A DNA stretch of 32,000 nucleotides, taken from Vibrio cholerae ATCC 14035. GTDB taxonomy: Bacteria; Pseudomonadota; Gammaproteobacteria; Enterobacterales; Vibrionaceae. The notes under the pieces were generated by a model. It was given only the letters and a program-made list of their open reading frames with translations. It did not search any database and was not told the DNA's origin. This document shows positions 8,307 to 20,657 of the stretch, one piece after another. The stretch covers positions 145,974-177,973 of the forward strand of contig NZ_JHXR01000011.1 of assembly GCF_000621645.1 (NCBI RefSeq). Reading direction: 5' to 3'. The position numbers were made by a program, and so were the translations under genes. The number at the start of each line of letters is the position of its first letter. Positions within the stretch are counted from its first letter, which is position 1.

Positions 8307-9287
8307 ATGACACAGCCTTTTGCGATTGCCATCCATGGCGGTGCCGGCACGATTTTGCGTGAGCAGATGAGTGATGCATTGCGCATGGACATCCTCGCGA
8401 CTTTAGAGCAAGCCGTGCGAGCCGGGCATCAGCTACTGGTTGAAGGAGCCGATGCCTTAGATGCGGTGGTGGCAGCGGTGACAGTATTGGAAGACTCGCC
8501 ACTGTTTAATGCCGGCAAAGGCTCAGTACTGACGCACAATGAAATGGTGGAGATGGATGCCTCGGTGATGCATGGCGCAGCCCGAGAGGCTGGCGCGATT
8601 GCGGGTGTGCGTCATGTTCGCAACCCAATTCAACTCGCGCGCGATGTGCTGCGTCATAGTGATCATGTGTTTTTGATTGGTGATGGGGCGGAGCAATTTG
8701 CTTTCCTGCAAGGGCATGTTTATACCGAGCAAGACTATTTTTTCACTGAGCGCCGTTATGAACAGCTGCAAAACATGAAGCAGCAAGATCGCTTTGCACT
8801 TTCAGAAGCTTCCTATCAATCAGAGTCTGCTGAACAAGAGCCGCCAAGTGAATATCCCGATGATAAGAAATTTGGCACGGTAGGCGCGGTGGCGCTGGAT
8901 CAACAGGGCAATTTGGCGGCGGCGACCAGTACGGGTGGGATCACCAATAAACGCTTTGGTCGCGTGGGCGACTCGCCAATCATCGGCGCTGGAACGCTGG
9001 CTGAAAATGGCAATGTCGCCATTTCATGCACTGGAATGGGCGAGTACTTCATCCGTTATGCGGTCGCAGGCGATATTGCAGCACGCATGCGTTATCTCAA
9101 AGAAGATGTCCATATCGCCTGTGAAACCGTGGTACAAGGTGAACTGAAAAGTGTAGGTGGTGAAGGGGGATTAATTGCGATTGATGCGCAGGGCGATCTT
9201 CACTTTGCCATGAACAGTTCTGGCATGTATCGCGCGGGGATTGATCGCCATGGTCAATTCAGTGTGAAAATTTACGCTGACGAATAA
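8307..9287 (+). CDS. iaaA: isoaspartyl peptidase / L-asparaginase (Ntn hydrolase, IaaA type)
   Basis: 326-aa ORF. AIHGGAGT at the N-terminus, the autoprocessing site KKFGT|VGAVALD, and the GGxTNK and RVGDSPIIGAG motifs are colinear with E. coli IaaA. Confidence 0.85.
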   Translation: MTQPFAIAIHGGAGTILREQMSDALRMDILATLEQAVRAGHQLLVEGADALDAVVAAVTVLEDSPLFNAGKGSVLTHNEMVEMDASVMHGAAREAGAIAGVRHVRNPIQLARDVLRHSDHVFLIGDGAEQFAFLQGHVYTEQDYFFTERRYEQLQNMKQQDRFALSEASYQSESAEQEPPSEYPDDKKFGTVGAVALDQQGNLAAATSTGGITNKRFGRVGDSPIIGAGTLAENGNVAISCTGMGEYFIRYAVAGDIAARMRYLKEDVHIACETVVQGELKSVGGEGGLIAIDAQGDLHFAMNSSGMYRAGIDRHGQFSVKIYADE

Positions 9288-9354
9288 CCTTTTCTTAATA
9301 ACTGAATGGATTTTCAAAGCCGTTTTATATGAATTTTTCATGCTTAAAAAATGA

Positions 9355-9391
9355 CTGCAAGGATTCAAATTCGGTGCTAGAATCCTTTTTT
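9355..9391 (+). promoter_or_regulatory. candidate purA promoter (CTGCAA - 17 nt - TGcTAGAAT) embedded in an 8-bp inverted repeat followed by a T-run
   Basis: TAGAAT is at 9378..9383 with TG at 9375..9376. The inverted repeat is aaggattc (9359..9366) / gaatcctt (9380..9387) with TTTTTT following. This could instead be the iaaA terminator. Confidence 0.35.
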
Positions 9392-9393
9392 AA

Positions 9394-10713
<1,320 letters not shown>

Positions 10714-10732
10714 TCTTGAGATAAAAAACAGT

Positions 10733-10762
10733 AAGCCGACTCACCGAGTCGGCTTTTTTTTG
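10733..10762 (+). terminator. intrinsic terminator after purA
   Basis: aagccgactc / gagtcggctt is a perfect 10-bp stem with a 3-nt loop, followed by a T8 run. Confidence 0.85.
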
Positions 10763-10920
10763 CCATACTCTTGGTGGTATTTTGTGCGCCTGTGGCAAAA
10801 AGTTGCCGCAAAACGGTAAACGGGGCTAAAGCGATTGCATTCAATGCCGATATAGAAAGCAATCCGGGTCAACGTGCAATGCGGCGCGTGGTGACTGCCG
10901 GTGTTTATAAGAGTGCGGGT

Positions 10921-11556
10921 ATGAAGCTACGAACGGTAGCCGCTTCCTTATTGCTTGCATGGCACTCCTCTTACAATCCTGCTTATGCAGCGGATTTAGG
11001 AGAGCCAGTGCCTATCTATTCGGAAGCTGAGCTAATCAAACTGATTGAAGAAAATAAGCATCTTGAGCGCGTAAAAGCGGATAATTGCCAGATCGTGGAA
11101 GATATTGTCGCACGTGCGACACGTATCAGTCTGCCCTCTTATGAGTTTCTGTATGGCGATATGCTGGCTTGGGGAGTGTGTGTGGATCAGGATGTTGAGC
11201 TGGGTCTCTACTATATGGAGAATGCGGCGCATCAAGGTTTGCCTGCTGCTCTGGAGCAGCTTGGGCGCTACTACTCACGCGGCACCTTAGTTCAACAAGA
11301 CAAAGAACGCGCGATCCCCTATCTGCGTGAAGCAGCGGCAATGGGCAATCTTAATGCGCGTATTCAGCTCGCTGAACTGTTACTGCGTGATTACGGCAGT
11401 CCGCTCGATTATGAAGATGCCTACCGCTGGTTGTATAACTCGGTCACTGCCGATCAGCGTACTCACAATCGTATCGCTCTGCTGCGTCAAGGTTTAGAGC
11501 GTAGGATGCCGGAAAATATCATCGCGCGAGCCAAACGCCGAGAAACGTTCTGGTAA
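10921..11556 (+). CDS. secreted Sel1-like repeat (SLR/TPR-like) protein
   Basis: The ATG at 10921 gives MKLRTVAASLLLAWHSSYNPAYA|AD, a typical Sec signal peptide. The upstream TTG extension from 10771 has no such features. The body contains Sel1-type repeats (AAHQGLPAALEQLGRYYSRG...DKERAIPYLREAAAMGNLNARIQLAELL). Confidence 0.7.
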   Translation: MKLRTVAASLLLAWHSSYNPAYAADLGEPVPIYSEAELIKLIEENKHLERVKADNCQIVEDIVARATRISLPSYEFLYGDMLAWGVCVDQDVELGLYYMENAAHQGLPAALEQLGRYYSRGTLVQQDKERAIPYLREAAAMGNLNARIQLAELLLRDYGSPLDYEDAYRWLYNSVTADQRTHNRIALLRQGLERRMPENIIARAKRRETFW

Positions 11557-11572
11557 AGCCGCTTTACCAGAA
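11548..11572. terminator. perfect 11-bp hairpin between convergent genes (no U-tract)
   Basis: ttctggtaaag (11548..11558) / ctttaccagaa (11562..11572). The left arm contains the Sel1-gene TAA. A third ctggt arm follows at 11573..11577. Confidence 0.5.
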
Positions 11573-11582
11573 CTGGTTCCCT

Positions 11583-13412
11583 TTAGCGCAAGAATTGCCG
11601 CATCTCTTCAAGCGCCTGCATGATCTGCTGAGTCGAAATTTGACGCTCTTTCTCTGGGGCAAGTTCTGAATTGAGAGTCTCGACTCGCCCGGTGGGGTAG
11701 CTCACCAACATCTCTTTATCACTCACTAACGCATAGTTAAAGTAACTACCGATAATCGTCCATTCCCGTTGTGGGCTCTCTTGCCAAAGCGGGTAGCCTA
11801 ACGCAAATTCATTGAGTGGATTTTGTACCCCTAACACTTCTTGCATCAACATAGGCGCAATATCGAGGTGGGTGGTTTTGTGCGTTAATACGCTTCCTTC
11901 TTTGTCAGGAATGTAGATGTAAAGTGGTACATGGATCTGCGCCATGCTGTAGTTACTGCCATGTCCCCAATAATTTTGTCGATTGTCATTAAACTCTTCA
12001 CCATGATCGGATGTGATGATCACTATGGTATTGCGCAGCTCATCACGGGCTTGCAACTGCTCAAGAACTTTGCCAATCAAACTATCAGCGTAATAGAGGG
12101 CATTGCGATAGCGGTTATGGTACGGCTCGGGATCAAAATCGTTGTTGAGTTTGATGTGATCGACTCGCTCCCAATAAGGGGTGAAAGGTGGTGTCATCGA
12201 GCTTGGGAAATCAGCCGCATGCGCTGAATCGTAAAACAGAAAACCGAAGTAGGGCTTGCTACGATCCCGTTGCTCTAAAAAGTGCAAAAAATCCTCAGTA
12301 ATACGTTCATCACGCTGTGGTGAGTTTTCTCCAGGCGTGACTGTACGTAGCTGGGCAATTTTGCTGAATATCGTTCGGTCAAACGGTGGGCTATTGAGTG
12401 GTGCCGAGCCGTAAATAGCAAACTGATAGTTCAAATCTGCGAGAGTTTGCATCAGCAGTGGGCGAGTTTGGCTGGTTTGAAACTCCTCCCAATAGGTAGC
12501 GGGTAAGCCGTAAAAGAGACTGAATAAGCCAGCTTGGGTTGAATTTCCACCACTTAAGTGATGAGTAAAGCGCGTGGCTTGTTGACCAAAGTGAGCAATG
12601 TTGGGCGTCACATCGCGATTGGCATCATCAAAACGCCAAGCATCAATCCCAATCAATAAAATGTTTGGGCGCTCTGCAGGCGGTTCAATGTGCAGAGGTC
12701 GCAGCGGATAGTTGAGAGTACTGCTGGTTGGTGCATGAAAATCCACCTGCTGACGGCGGGCGGATTGCGCATCAACAACACCGAGCTGGTCGAAAAAGCG
12801 TTTTGCGGTCAACGGATAATAGAGCGGCCAGTGATAGCTGTAGCTTGGGATCTCACTGTCATAAGTGGCATCTTTCCAAGCGTGGATAAACTGGCTACTC
12901 AGCAATGAAAGTAACCAAACCGCCGATACCCAGCGAACTCCACGTGAATGTTGAATGCGTTGCGCCAGTTTCATGATGAGCCATTGGGCAAAGCCGACCA
13001 CGAAGACAATAAAGCCTGCCATCGCAAGGGTATACCACGACACGCTGATCACTTGCTGTCCACCATGCAACAGCAAATCCCACACAAAGCCACTCAGATG
13101 GAATCGGTACTGTTGATACACTTCAATATCGACCATCAACAAAATGCTCACGGCCCAAGAGGCTACAAACACAACACCGTGCAGTAGGCGACTCGGGAGC
13201 CAAACCAGAGCGAGTGAAACCAGCGTGATGGCAAAGGCAAATAACCCAAACCAGCCAAACTGGGTGGCCGAAAGATAAGCGTACGCTACCCTATTACTGC
13301 TGCTGACCTCCATCCATTGCAAATAGGGGAGGCCCAATACAGCTAATAAAACAGCATTCAAAATAAAGTGACTAAAAAGCCACTCTATATTCTTTTTTAT
13401 CATCAATAACAT
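11583..13412 (-). CDS. YejM/PbgA(LapC)-like inner-membrane protein (DUF3413-type TM domain plus sulfatase/alkaline-phosphatase-fold periplasmic domain)
   Basis: About 5 N-terminal TM helices are followed by NILLIGIDAWRFDD and HLSGGNSTQAGLFSLFYGL, resembling E. coli YejM HMSSGNTTDNGIFGLFYG (recall), and by ITSDHGEEF. I chose the ATG at 13412; the track start at 13451 is TTG. Confidence 0.75.
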   Translation of the reverse strand: MLLMIKKNIEWLFSHFILNAVLLAVLGLPYLQWMEVSSSNRVAYAYLSATQFGWFGLFAFAITLVSLALVWLPSRLLHGVVFVASWAVSILLMVDIEVYQQYRFHLSGFVWDLLLHGGQQVISVSWYTLAMAGFIVFVVGFAQWLIMKLAQRIQHSRGVRWVSAVWLLSLLSSQFIHAWKDATYDSEIPSYSYHWPLYYPLTAKRFFDQLGVVDAQSARRQQVDFHAPTSSTLNYPLRPLHIEPPAERPNILLIGIDAWRFDDANRDVTPNIAHFGQQATRFTHHLSGGNSTQAGLFSLFYGLPATYWEEFQTSQTRPLLMQTLADLNYQFAIYGSAPLNSPPFDRTIFSKIAQLRTVTPGENSPQRDERITEDFLHFLEQRDRSKPYFGFLFYDSAHAADFPSSMTPPFTPYWERVDHIKLNNDFDPEPYHNRYRNALYYADSLIGKVLEQLQARDELRNTIVIITSDHGEEFNDNRQNYWGHGSNYSMAQIHVPLYIYIPDKEGSVLTHKTTHLDIAPMLMQEVLGVQNPLNEFALGYPLWQESPQREWTIIGSYFNYALVSDKEMLVSYPTGRVETLNSELAPEKERQISTQQIMQALEEMRQFLR

Positions 13413-13477
13413 GTGGAATCCCCGTAGCAAATGGGATTGGTTGGACAGCAAAATTGCTGCAAATAATAACTTAAAAG

Positions 13478-13506
13478 TTGACCTATGTCACATTACCTAG
13501 AATGAT
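13478..13506 (+). promoter_or_regulatory. candidate rnr promoter (TTGACC; -10 TAGAAT at 14-nt or AATGAT at 17-nt spacing)
   Basis: TTGACC is at 13478..13483 and TAGAATGAT at 13498..13506. The roughly 90-nt leader contains an imperfect hairpin, ttgtcatta...tagtgacaa (13523..13548). Confidence 0.35.
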
Positions 13507-13594
13507 GAAAGAGTTCTGTGCGTTGTCATTAGTTGTTCGTAGTGACAAAGCAGTAGGATATAACTAACACCTTCCTAGATAAGCAGGTCTGCCT

Positions 13595-16060
13595 ATGTCT
13601 GATACCACACATCTTGATCCTTTCGCTGATCGCGAAGCCGACAATTATGACAATCCAATTCCGAGTCGTGAGTACATTCTCGAATTTTTAACCCAAGCCA
13701 ATGTTCCCATGAATCGCAACGATCTGTTCGAAGCCCTCAAACTAGAAGGCGAAGAGCAATATGAAGGGTTGCGTCGTCGCCTGCGGGCAATGGAACGAGA
13801 TGGCCAACTGGTGTTCACGCGCCGTCAATGCTATGCCTTGCCAGAAAAACTGGAAATGGTGAAAGGCTATGTGATTGGCCACAAAGACGGCCACGGCTGG
13901 GTTCGTCCAGAAGGAAGCTTAAACAAAGAAGGCGATATTTTATTGCCCCACCACCAGATGCGTACGCTGATCCATGGTGATTTTGTCTTAGTGCAGCCGA
14001 GCGGTACTGATAAACGAGGCCGTAAAGAAGGGCGCTTAGTACGCATTCTCGAAGAGCGCAATGGCCAAATTGTCGGGCGTTTCTTCTTTGAATACGGTTA
14101 CTCTTATGTGGTGCCGGATGACTCACGCATTCATCATGACATTCTGATCCCCAATGACTTACGTGCCGGCGCTCGCATGGGCAACGTGGTCGTGATTGAA
14201 ATTACCGACCGTGGCACGCGTAACCGCGGCATGATGGGTAAAGTCGTTGAAGTGTTGGGTGAAAACATGGCCCCGGGTATGGAAACGCAAATTGCGATTC
14301 GTACTCACCAAATTCCCCATGAATGGCCCGCAGAAGTTGAGCAGCAAGTAGCGGGATTGACCGAGGAAGTACCTGAAGAAGCCAAGCAAGGCCGTGTCGA
14401 TCTACGTGCTTTGCCATTAGTCACGATCGATGGCGAAGATGCTCGAGATTTCGATGATGCTGTCTATTGTGAAGCGAAAAAAGGCGGTGGCTGGCGTTTA
14501 TGGGTCGCGATTGCCGACGTGAGCTATTACGTACGTCCCGATACCGCTCTCGATAAAGAAGCGATCAACCGCGGTAACTCGGTCTATTTCCCATCGCAAG
14601 TTGTCCCAATGTTGCCGGAAGTGCTGTCGAACGGCCTCTGTTCACTCAACCCACAAGTCGATCGCTTGTGCATGGTGTGTGAAATGACCGTATCGGAAAC
14701 GGGTAAGCTCTCGGGCTACAAGCATTACGAAGCGGTAATGAACTCGCACGCTCGCCTGACTTACACCAAAGTGCATGAAATCCTCGAAGGGGATGAAGAA
14801 CTGCGCGAGCGTTATAAAGCGCTGGTTCCTCATCTTGAAGAGTTGCACAAAATGTATCAGGTGCTGAAAAGTGCACGCGATGAGCGTGGCGCGATTGAGT
14901 TTGAAACCGTTGAAACCAAATTCATCTTCAACGCTCAGCGCAAGATTGAAAGCATTGAGCCTGTTGTACGTAACGATGCGCATAAGCTGATTGAAGAGTG
15001 TATGATCCTCGCCAACATCGCCTCTGCCTCTTTGGTAGAAAAAGCCAAAGAAGCGGCGTTGTACCGTGTCCATGAGCCACCAGGTGAAGAACGTCTCACT
15101 GGCTTCCGTGATTTCCTCGGTGAGTTGGGGCTCGATCTCTCCGGTGGCCTTGAGCCATCACCGACCGACTACGCCAATTTAATGAAGCAAATTGGTGAAC
15201 GTCCAGATAAAGAGCTGATCCAAACCATGTTGCTGCGCTCGATGAAGCAAGCGGTGTATAACGCGGATAACGCGGGTCACTTTGGCTTGGCGTTGAAACG
15301 TTACGCACACTTTACATCGCCAATCCGTCGTTACCCGGATTTGTTGCTGCATCGTGCGATCAAATATCTGATCGCGAAGCAAGAAGGGCGCAACCAAGAC
15401 CGTTGGACTCCAACCGGTGGCTATCACTACTCCTTCGATGACATGGACTTCTACGGTGAGCAGTGCTCCATGACTGAGCGCCGCGCTGATGATGCGACGC
15501 GCGAAGTGTCTGACTGGCTCAAATGCGAGTATATGCAAGATCATGTGGGTGAAGAATTAGAAGGCGTCGTCGCGAACGTCACCAGTTTCGGCTTCTTTGT
15601 CCGTCTCACTGAGCTGCACATTGACGGCCTGGTACACATTTCGACTCTGGCTAACGACTACTACCACTACGATCCGATTGGTCAGCGTCTGGTGGGGGAA
15701 AGTTTTGGTGCCATCTATCGTCTTGGTGATGCGGTAAAAGTAAAAGTGTTGGCGGTAAACCTTGATGATCGCCAAATTGACTTTGAATTGGTCGAAACTA
15801 GTCGTAAGCTACGCGGCCAAGGTAAAACCGCCAAGAAACGTGCCGATGAAGCTCGAGCCAAAGCGCAAGGTAAAAAAGAAGCGGCCACTAAAGGTGCCCG
15901 TGGCAAATCACCAACGAAATCAGAGTTGAAACCACAGGTAGAAGCGACGCGCCGTCCAGACAGTGAAGGCCGTAGCAAACCGAAAAAGACCAAAGCGCCG
16001 AAAAAACGCAAAGACCAAGCTCGTAAGAAAAGCGGCAAAGTACGAGATAAAACCAAATAG
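13595..16060 (+). CDS. rnr: ribonuclease R (3'-5' exoribonuclease, VacB)
   Basis: 821-aa ORF colinear with E. coli RNase R, with cold-shock domains, an RNB domain ([17 protein letters not shown]), an S1 domain and a Lys-rich basic C-terminal tail. Confidence 0.96.
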   Translation: MSDTTHLDPFADREADNYDNPIPSREYILEFLTQANVPMNRNDLFEALKLEGEEQYEGLRRRLRAMERDGQLVFTRRQCYALPEKLEMVKGYVIGHKDGHGWVRPEGSLNKEGDILLPHHQMRTLIHGDFVLVQPSGTDKRGRKEGRLVRILEERNGQIVGRFFFEYGYSYVVPDDSRIHHDILIPNDLRAGARMGNVVVIEITDRGTRNRGMMGKVVEVLGENMAPGMETQIAIRTHQIPHEWPAEVEQQVAGLTEEVPEEAKQGRVDLRALPLVTIDGEDARDFDDAVYCEAKKGGGWRLWVAIADVSYYVRPDTALDKEAINRGNSVYFPSQVVPMLPEVLSNGLCSLNPQVDRLCMVCEMTVSETGKLSGYKHYEAVMNSHARLTYTKVHEILEGDEELRERYKALVPHLEELHKMYQVLKSARDERGAIEFETVETKFIFNAQRKIESIEPVVRNDAHKLIEECMILANIASASLVEKAKEAALYRVHEPPGEERLTGFRDFLGELGLDLSGGLEPSPTDYANLMKQIGERPDKELIQTMLLRSMKQAVYNADNAGHFGLALKRYAHFTSPIRRYPDLLLHRAIKYLIAKQEGRNQDRWTPTGGYHYSFDDMDFYGEQCSMTERRADDATREVSDWLKCEYMQDHVGEELEGVVANVTSFGFFVRLTELHIDGLVHISTLANDYYHYDPIGQRLVGESFGAIYRLGDAVKVKVLAVNLDDRQIDFELVETSRKLRGQGKTAKKRADEARAKAQGKKEAATKGARGKSPTKSELKPQVEATRRPDSEGRSKPKKTKAPKKRKDQARKKSGKVRDKTK

Positions 16061-16067
16061 GTAACAC

Positions 16068-16811
16068 ATGAGTAATGAATTGATTTATGGCATCCACGCC
16101 GTGAACGCGGTACTACAACGCGATCCCGCGCGTTTTGTCGAAGCGTATGTGCTTAAAGGTCGTCAGGACGATCGCCTGCTGCCGGTACTCAACGAATTGA
16201 TGCGTCTTGGCGTCTCAATTCAAGAGATGAGCCGCAAAGCGCTGGATGACAAAGCGGAAGGCGCCAATCATCAAGGATTGATTGCCCGTGTTAAACCTGC
16301 TCGTCAACTCAATGAAAATGACCTTGACGATATCCTCGCTCAGCATGAGCAACCCCTGTTGTTAGTACTGGATGGGGTAACTGATCCGCACAACCTCGGG
16401 GCTTGCCTGCGTAATGCCGATGCGGCAGGTGTGGCGGCAGTCATTGTTCCGAAAGACAAATCAGCACCACTGACCGCGACCGTCAGTAAAGTGGCGTGTG
16501 GCGCGGCGGAAACGGTACCGCTCGTGCGCGTTACTAACTTGGCGCGTACCATGCGCGCACTGCAAGAAAAAGGTGTCTGGTTTGTAGGGACTGCAGGCGA
16601 AGCGACTCATGATATCTATCAAAGCAAACTGACCGGGCCGCTGGCGATTGTAATGGGCGCAGAAGGGGATGGCATGCGTCGTTTAACGCGTGAAACCTGT
16701 GATGATTTGATTAAAATCCCGATGGCAGGCAGCGTATCAAGTCTAAACGTGTCTGTAGCTTGTGGTGTCTGTTTATTTGAAGCAGTACGCCAGCGTATGG
16801 CGAATCGGTAA
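16068..16811 (+). CDS. rlmB: 23S rRNA (guanosine2251-2'-O)-methyltransferase RlmB (SpoU/TrmH family)
   Basis: 247-aa ORF with SPOUT motifs ([39 protein letters not shown]). The conserved rnr-rlmB pair is separated by only 7 nt. Confidence 0.9.
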   Translation: MSNELIYGIHAVNAVLQRDPARFVEAYVLKGRQDDRLLPVLNELMRLGVSIQEMSRKALDDKAEGANHQGLIARVKPARQLNENDLDDILAQHEQPLLLVLDGVTDPHNLGACLRNADAAGVAAVIVPKDKSAPLTATVSKVACGAAETVPLVRVTNLARTMRALQEKGVWFVGTAGEATHDIYQSKLTGPLAIVMGAEGDGMRRLTRETCDDLIKIPMAGSVSSLNVSVACGVCLFEAVRQRMANR

Positions 16812-16832
16812 GTTCAATCATTCCATCATCGT

Positions 16833-16862
16833 AAACGGGCACTTGAGAGTGCCCGTTTTTCT
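16833..16862 (+). terminator. intrinsic terminator after rlmB
   Basis: aaacgggcac / gtgcccgttt is a perfect 10-bp stem with a 6-nt loop, followed by a T-run. Confidence 0.85.
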
Positions 16863-16943
16863 TATCATCCCTAAACCACGGCATTTAGCGGTCGTGATTG
16901 TTTGGCGCATGCATAAACACTCCAGTGACGTTATCGTTAACAG

Positions 16944-17010
16944 AGATTTAATTCCGTTTATTTTTCAAACATACCTTGCAACTGAAACTGTGATCGGTAT
17001 AATGCCCGGC
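16944..17010 (+). promoter_or_regulatory. S10 operon promoter: A/T-rich UP-like region, TTGCAA - 16 nt - TATAAT, GC-rich discriminator
   Basis: TTGCAA is at 16976..16981 and TATAAT at 16998..17003, followed by GCCCGGC, a stringent-type discriminator. An AT-rich tract lies at 16944..16970. Confidence 0.65.
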
Positions 17011-17593
<583 letters not shown>

Positions 17594-17607
17594 GGGAGAT
17601 TAGAAGA

Positions 17608-18237
17608 ATGATTGGTCTAATCGGTCGTAAAGTGGGCATGACCCGCGTATTTACTGAAGACGGCGTTTCTATCCCAGTAACTGTTGTTGAAGTTGAAGCA
17701 AACCGCGTTTCTCAAGTGAAAACTCTTGAAACTGATGGCTACGCTGCAATCCAAGTCACTACTGGTTCTAAGAAAGCTAACCGTGTTACTAAGCCAGAAG
17801 CTGGTCACTTCGCGAAAGCGGGTGTAGAAGCTGGTCGCGGTCTTTGGGAATTCCGTTTGGAAAACGGTGAAGAGTTTGCAGTAGGTTCTGAACTGACTGT
17901 TGAACTGTTCAACGAAGTAAAAAAAGTAGACGTTACTGGTACATCTAAGGGTAAAGGTTTCCAAGGTGCTGTTAAGCGCTGGAACTTCCGCACTCAAGAT
18001 ATGACTCACGGTAACTCATTGTCTCACCGTGCTCCTGGTTCAATTGGCCAATGTCAAACTCCAGGTCGCGTGTTCAAAGGCAAAAAAATGGCAGGTCACA
18101 TGGGTGCTGAGCGTGTAACGACTCAAAACCTAGAGATCGTACGTGTTGACGCTGAGCGCAATCTGCTTCTGATTAAAGGTGCAGTCCCAGGCGCAACTGG
18201 CGGTAACGTGATCGTCAAACCAGCTGTTAAAGCGTAA
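17608..18237 (+). CDS. rplC: 50S ribosomal protein L3
   Basis: [15 protein letters not shown]..., 209 aa, in S10 operon order. Confidence 0.98.
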   Translation: MIGLIGRKVGMTRVFTEDGVSIPVTVVEVEANRVSQVKTLETDGYAAIQVTTGSKKANRVTKPEAGHFAKAGVEAGRGLWEFRLENGEEFAVGSELTVELFNEVKKVDVTGTSKGKGFQGAVKRWNFRTQDMTHGNSLSHRAPGSIGQCQTPGRVFKGKKMAGHMGAERVTTQNLEIVRVDAERNLLLIKGAVPGATGGNVIVKPAVKA

Positions 18238-18253
18238 CGTCTAGGAGTAAGTA

Positions 18254-18856
18254 ATGGAATTGATGGTTAAAGGTGCTAACGCACTAACTGTTTCCGAAAC
18301 TACTTTCGGACGTGAGTTCAACGAAGCTCTTGTACACCAAGTAGTTGTTGCTTATGCAGCAGGTGCTCGTCAAGGTACTCGTGCTCAAAAGACACGTTCA
18401 GAAGTTTCTGGCGGTGGCGCTAAGCCATGGCGTCAAAAAGGTACTGGCCGTGCACGTGCTGGTACAATCCGTAGCCCAATCTGGCGTACAGGTGGTGTTA
18501 CTTTTGCTGCGAAACCACAAGATCACAGCCAAAAAGTAAACAAGAAAATGTACCGTGGTGCTATGAAGAGCATTCTGTCTGAGCTAGTTCGTCAAGAGCG
18601 TTTGATCGTTGTTGAAAACTTCTCAGTTGAAGCTCCAAAGACCAAAGCTCTGGTAGCTAAGCTAAAAGAACTTGAGCTGAACGATGTTCTCATCGTTACT
18701 GGCGAAGTAGACGAAAATCTGTTCTTAGCTGCGCGTAACCTGTACAAAGTTGACGTGCGTGACGTAACTGGTATCGACCCAGTAAGCCTGATCGCATTTG
18801 ACAAGGTTCTAATGACTGCTGCTGCAGTTAAGCAAGTTGAGGAGATGCTGGCATGA
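18254..18856 (+). CDS. rplD: 50S ribosomal protein L4
   Basis: 200 aa, contains ...[14 protein letters not shown]... Confidence 0.98.
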   Translation: MELMVKGANALTVSETTFGREFNEALVHQVVVAYAAGARQGTRAQKTRSEVSGGGAKPWRQKGTGRARAGTIRSPIWRTGGVTFAAKPQDHSQKVNKKMYRGAMKSILSELVRQERLIVVENFSVEAPKTKALVAKLKELELNDVLIVTGEVDENLFLAARNLYKVDVRDVTGIDPVSLIAFDKVLMTAAAVKQVEEMLA

Positions 18857-19155
18857 TCCGTGAAGAGCGTCTACTAAAAGTTCTACGTGCTCCGCACATC
18901 TCTGAAAAAGCAACTATGTCTGCTGAGAAATCGAACACTATCGTTTTCAAAGTAGCAAAAGATGCCACTAAGAAAGAGATCAAAGCAGCTGTAGAAAAGC
19001 TATTTGAAGTTGAAGTTAAGTCTGTAAATACCCTGATCATCAAGGGTAAGACCAAGCGTCAAGGTCTGCGCCAAGGCCGTCGTTCAGACGTGAAAAAAGC
19101 GTACGTGACTTTGAATGAAGGTCAAGATCTTGACTTCGTTGGCGGCGCGGAATAA
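18853..19155 (+). CDS. rplW: 50S ribosomal protein L23
   Basis: 100 aa, [24 protein letters not shown] overlap with rplD. Confidence 0.98.
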   Translation: MIREERLLKVLRAPHISEKATMSAEKSNTIVFKVAKDATKKEIKAAVEKLFEVEVKSVNTLIIKGKTKRQGLRQGRRSDVKKAYVTLNEGQDLDFVGGAE

Positions 19156-19171
19156 CAGGAGTAGTTGAAAA

Positions 19172-19996
19172 ATGGCTATTGTTAAATGTAAGCCGACTTC
19201 GGCTGGTCGTCGTCACGTTGTTAAAGTTGTTAACGCTGACCTGCACAAGGGTAAGCCATACGCACCTCTTCTAGAGAAAAACTCTAAGAACGGTGGTCGT
19301 AACAACAACGGTCGTATCACAGTACGTCACATCGGTGGTGGCCACAAGCAACACTACCGTTTGGTTGACTTCAAACGTACTAAAGACGGTATCCCAGCGA
19401 AAGTTGAGCGTCTAGAATACGATCCAAACCGTAGCGCAAACATCGCTCTAGTTCTGTACGCAGACGGTGAGCGTCGTTACATCATTGCACCGAAAGGTCT
19501 GCAAGCGGGTGACGTTATCCAATCTGGCCCAGATGCGCCGATCAAAGCGGGTAACGCAATGCCAATGCGCAACATCCCAGTTGGTTCAACAATCCACAAC
19601 GTTGAATTGACTCCAGGAAAAGGCGCTCAGCTGGCTCGTTCTGCTGGTGCTTACGCGCAACTTGTTGCTCGTGATGGTGCATACGTGACCCTACGTCTAC
19701 GTTCTGGCGAAATGCGTAAAGTACTGTCTGAAGGCCGTGCAACTATCGGTGAAGTAGGCAACGCTGAGCACATGCTGCGTGAACTAGGTAAAGCTGGTGC
19801 AGCACGCTGGCGCGGTGTTCGTCCAACCGTTCGCGGTGTGGTAATGAACCCGGTTGACCACCCACACGGTGGTGGTGAAGGCCGTACTTCTGGTGGTCGT
19901 CACCCAGTATCTCCTTGGGGCGTTCCAACCAAAGGCTACAAGACACGTAGTAACAAACGCACTGACAAGTACATCGTACGTCGTCGTAATAAGTAA
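19172..19996 (+). CDS. rplB: 50S ribosomal protein L2
   Basis: 274 aa, [20 protein letters not shown]... Confidence 0.98.
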   Translation: MAIVKCKPTSAGRRHVVKVVNADLHKGKPYAPLLEKNSKNGGRNNNGRITVRHIGGGHKQHYRLVDFKRTKDGIPAKVERLEYDPNRSANIALVLYADGERRYIIAPKGLQAGDVIQSGPDAPIKAGNAMPMRNIPVGSTIHNVELTPGKGAQLARSAGAYAQLVARDGAYVTLRLRSGEMRKVLSEGRATIGEVGNAEHMLRELGKAGAARWRGVRPTVRGVVMNPVDHPHGGGEGRTSGGRHPVSPWGVPTKGYKTRSNKRTDKYIVRRRNK

Positions 19997-20013
19997 TCTA
20001 TTTAAGAGGATAA

Positions 20014-20295
<282 letters not shown>

Positions 20296-20305
20296 GGGGT
20301 AAATA

Positions 20306-20638
20306 ATGGAAGCTATCGCTAAACATAACTTTGCTCGTATTTCTCCTCAGAAAGCTCGCTTAGTTGCAGACCAAATCCGCGGTAAATCTGTGGATCAAGC
20401 GCTAGAACTTCTGACTTTCAGCAACAAAAAAGCGGCTGAACTGGTTAAGAAAGTTCTGGAATCTGCAATCGCGAACGCAGAGCACAACGAAGGTGCGGAC
20501 ATCGACGATCTACGTGTCGCTAAAATCTTCGTAGATGAGGGCCCAGTCATGAAGCGTATTATGCCTCGTGCTAAAGGCCGTGCGGATCGTATCTTGAAGC
20601 GTTCAAGCCACATTACTGTGGTTGTCGCAGATCGCTAA
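20306..20638 (+). CDS. rplV: 50S ribosomal protein L22
   Basis: 110 aa, [27 protein letters not shown]... Confidence 0.98.
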   Translation: MEAIAKHNFARISPQKARLVADQIRGKSVDQALELLTFSNKKAAELVKKVLESAIANAEHNEGADIDDLRVAKIFVDEGPVMKRIMPRAKGRADRILKRSSHITVVVADR

Positions 20639-20657
20639 GAGACTAGGAGAGTAAGCA

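Noticed and set aside
7929-8336. 135-aa minus-strand ORF spanning the slyD tail and the slyD-iaaA gap.
   Set aside because: It is the antisense reading of the His/Cys/Gly-rich repeat codons (a T/A/V-rich product), and it runs through the slyD terminator.
10771-10920. TTG-initiated 50-codon extension of the Sel1-repeat ORF.
   Set aside because: The start at 10771 lies only 9 nt after the end of the purA terminator T-run (10762). The internal ATG at 10921 yields a canonical signal peptide.
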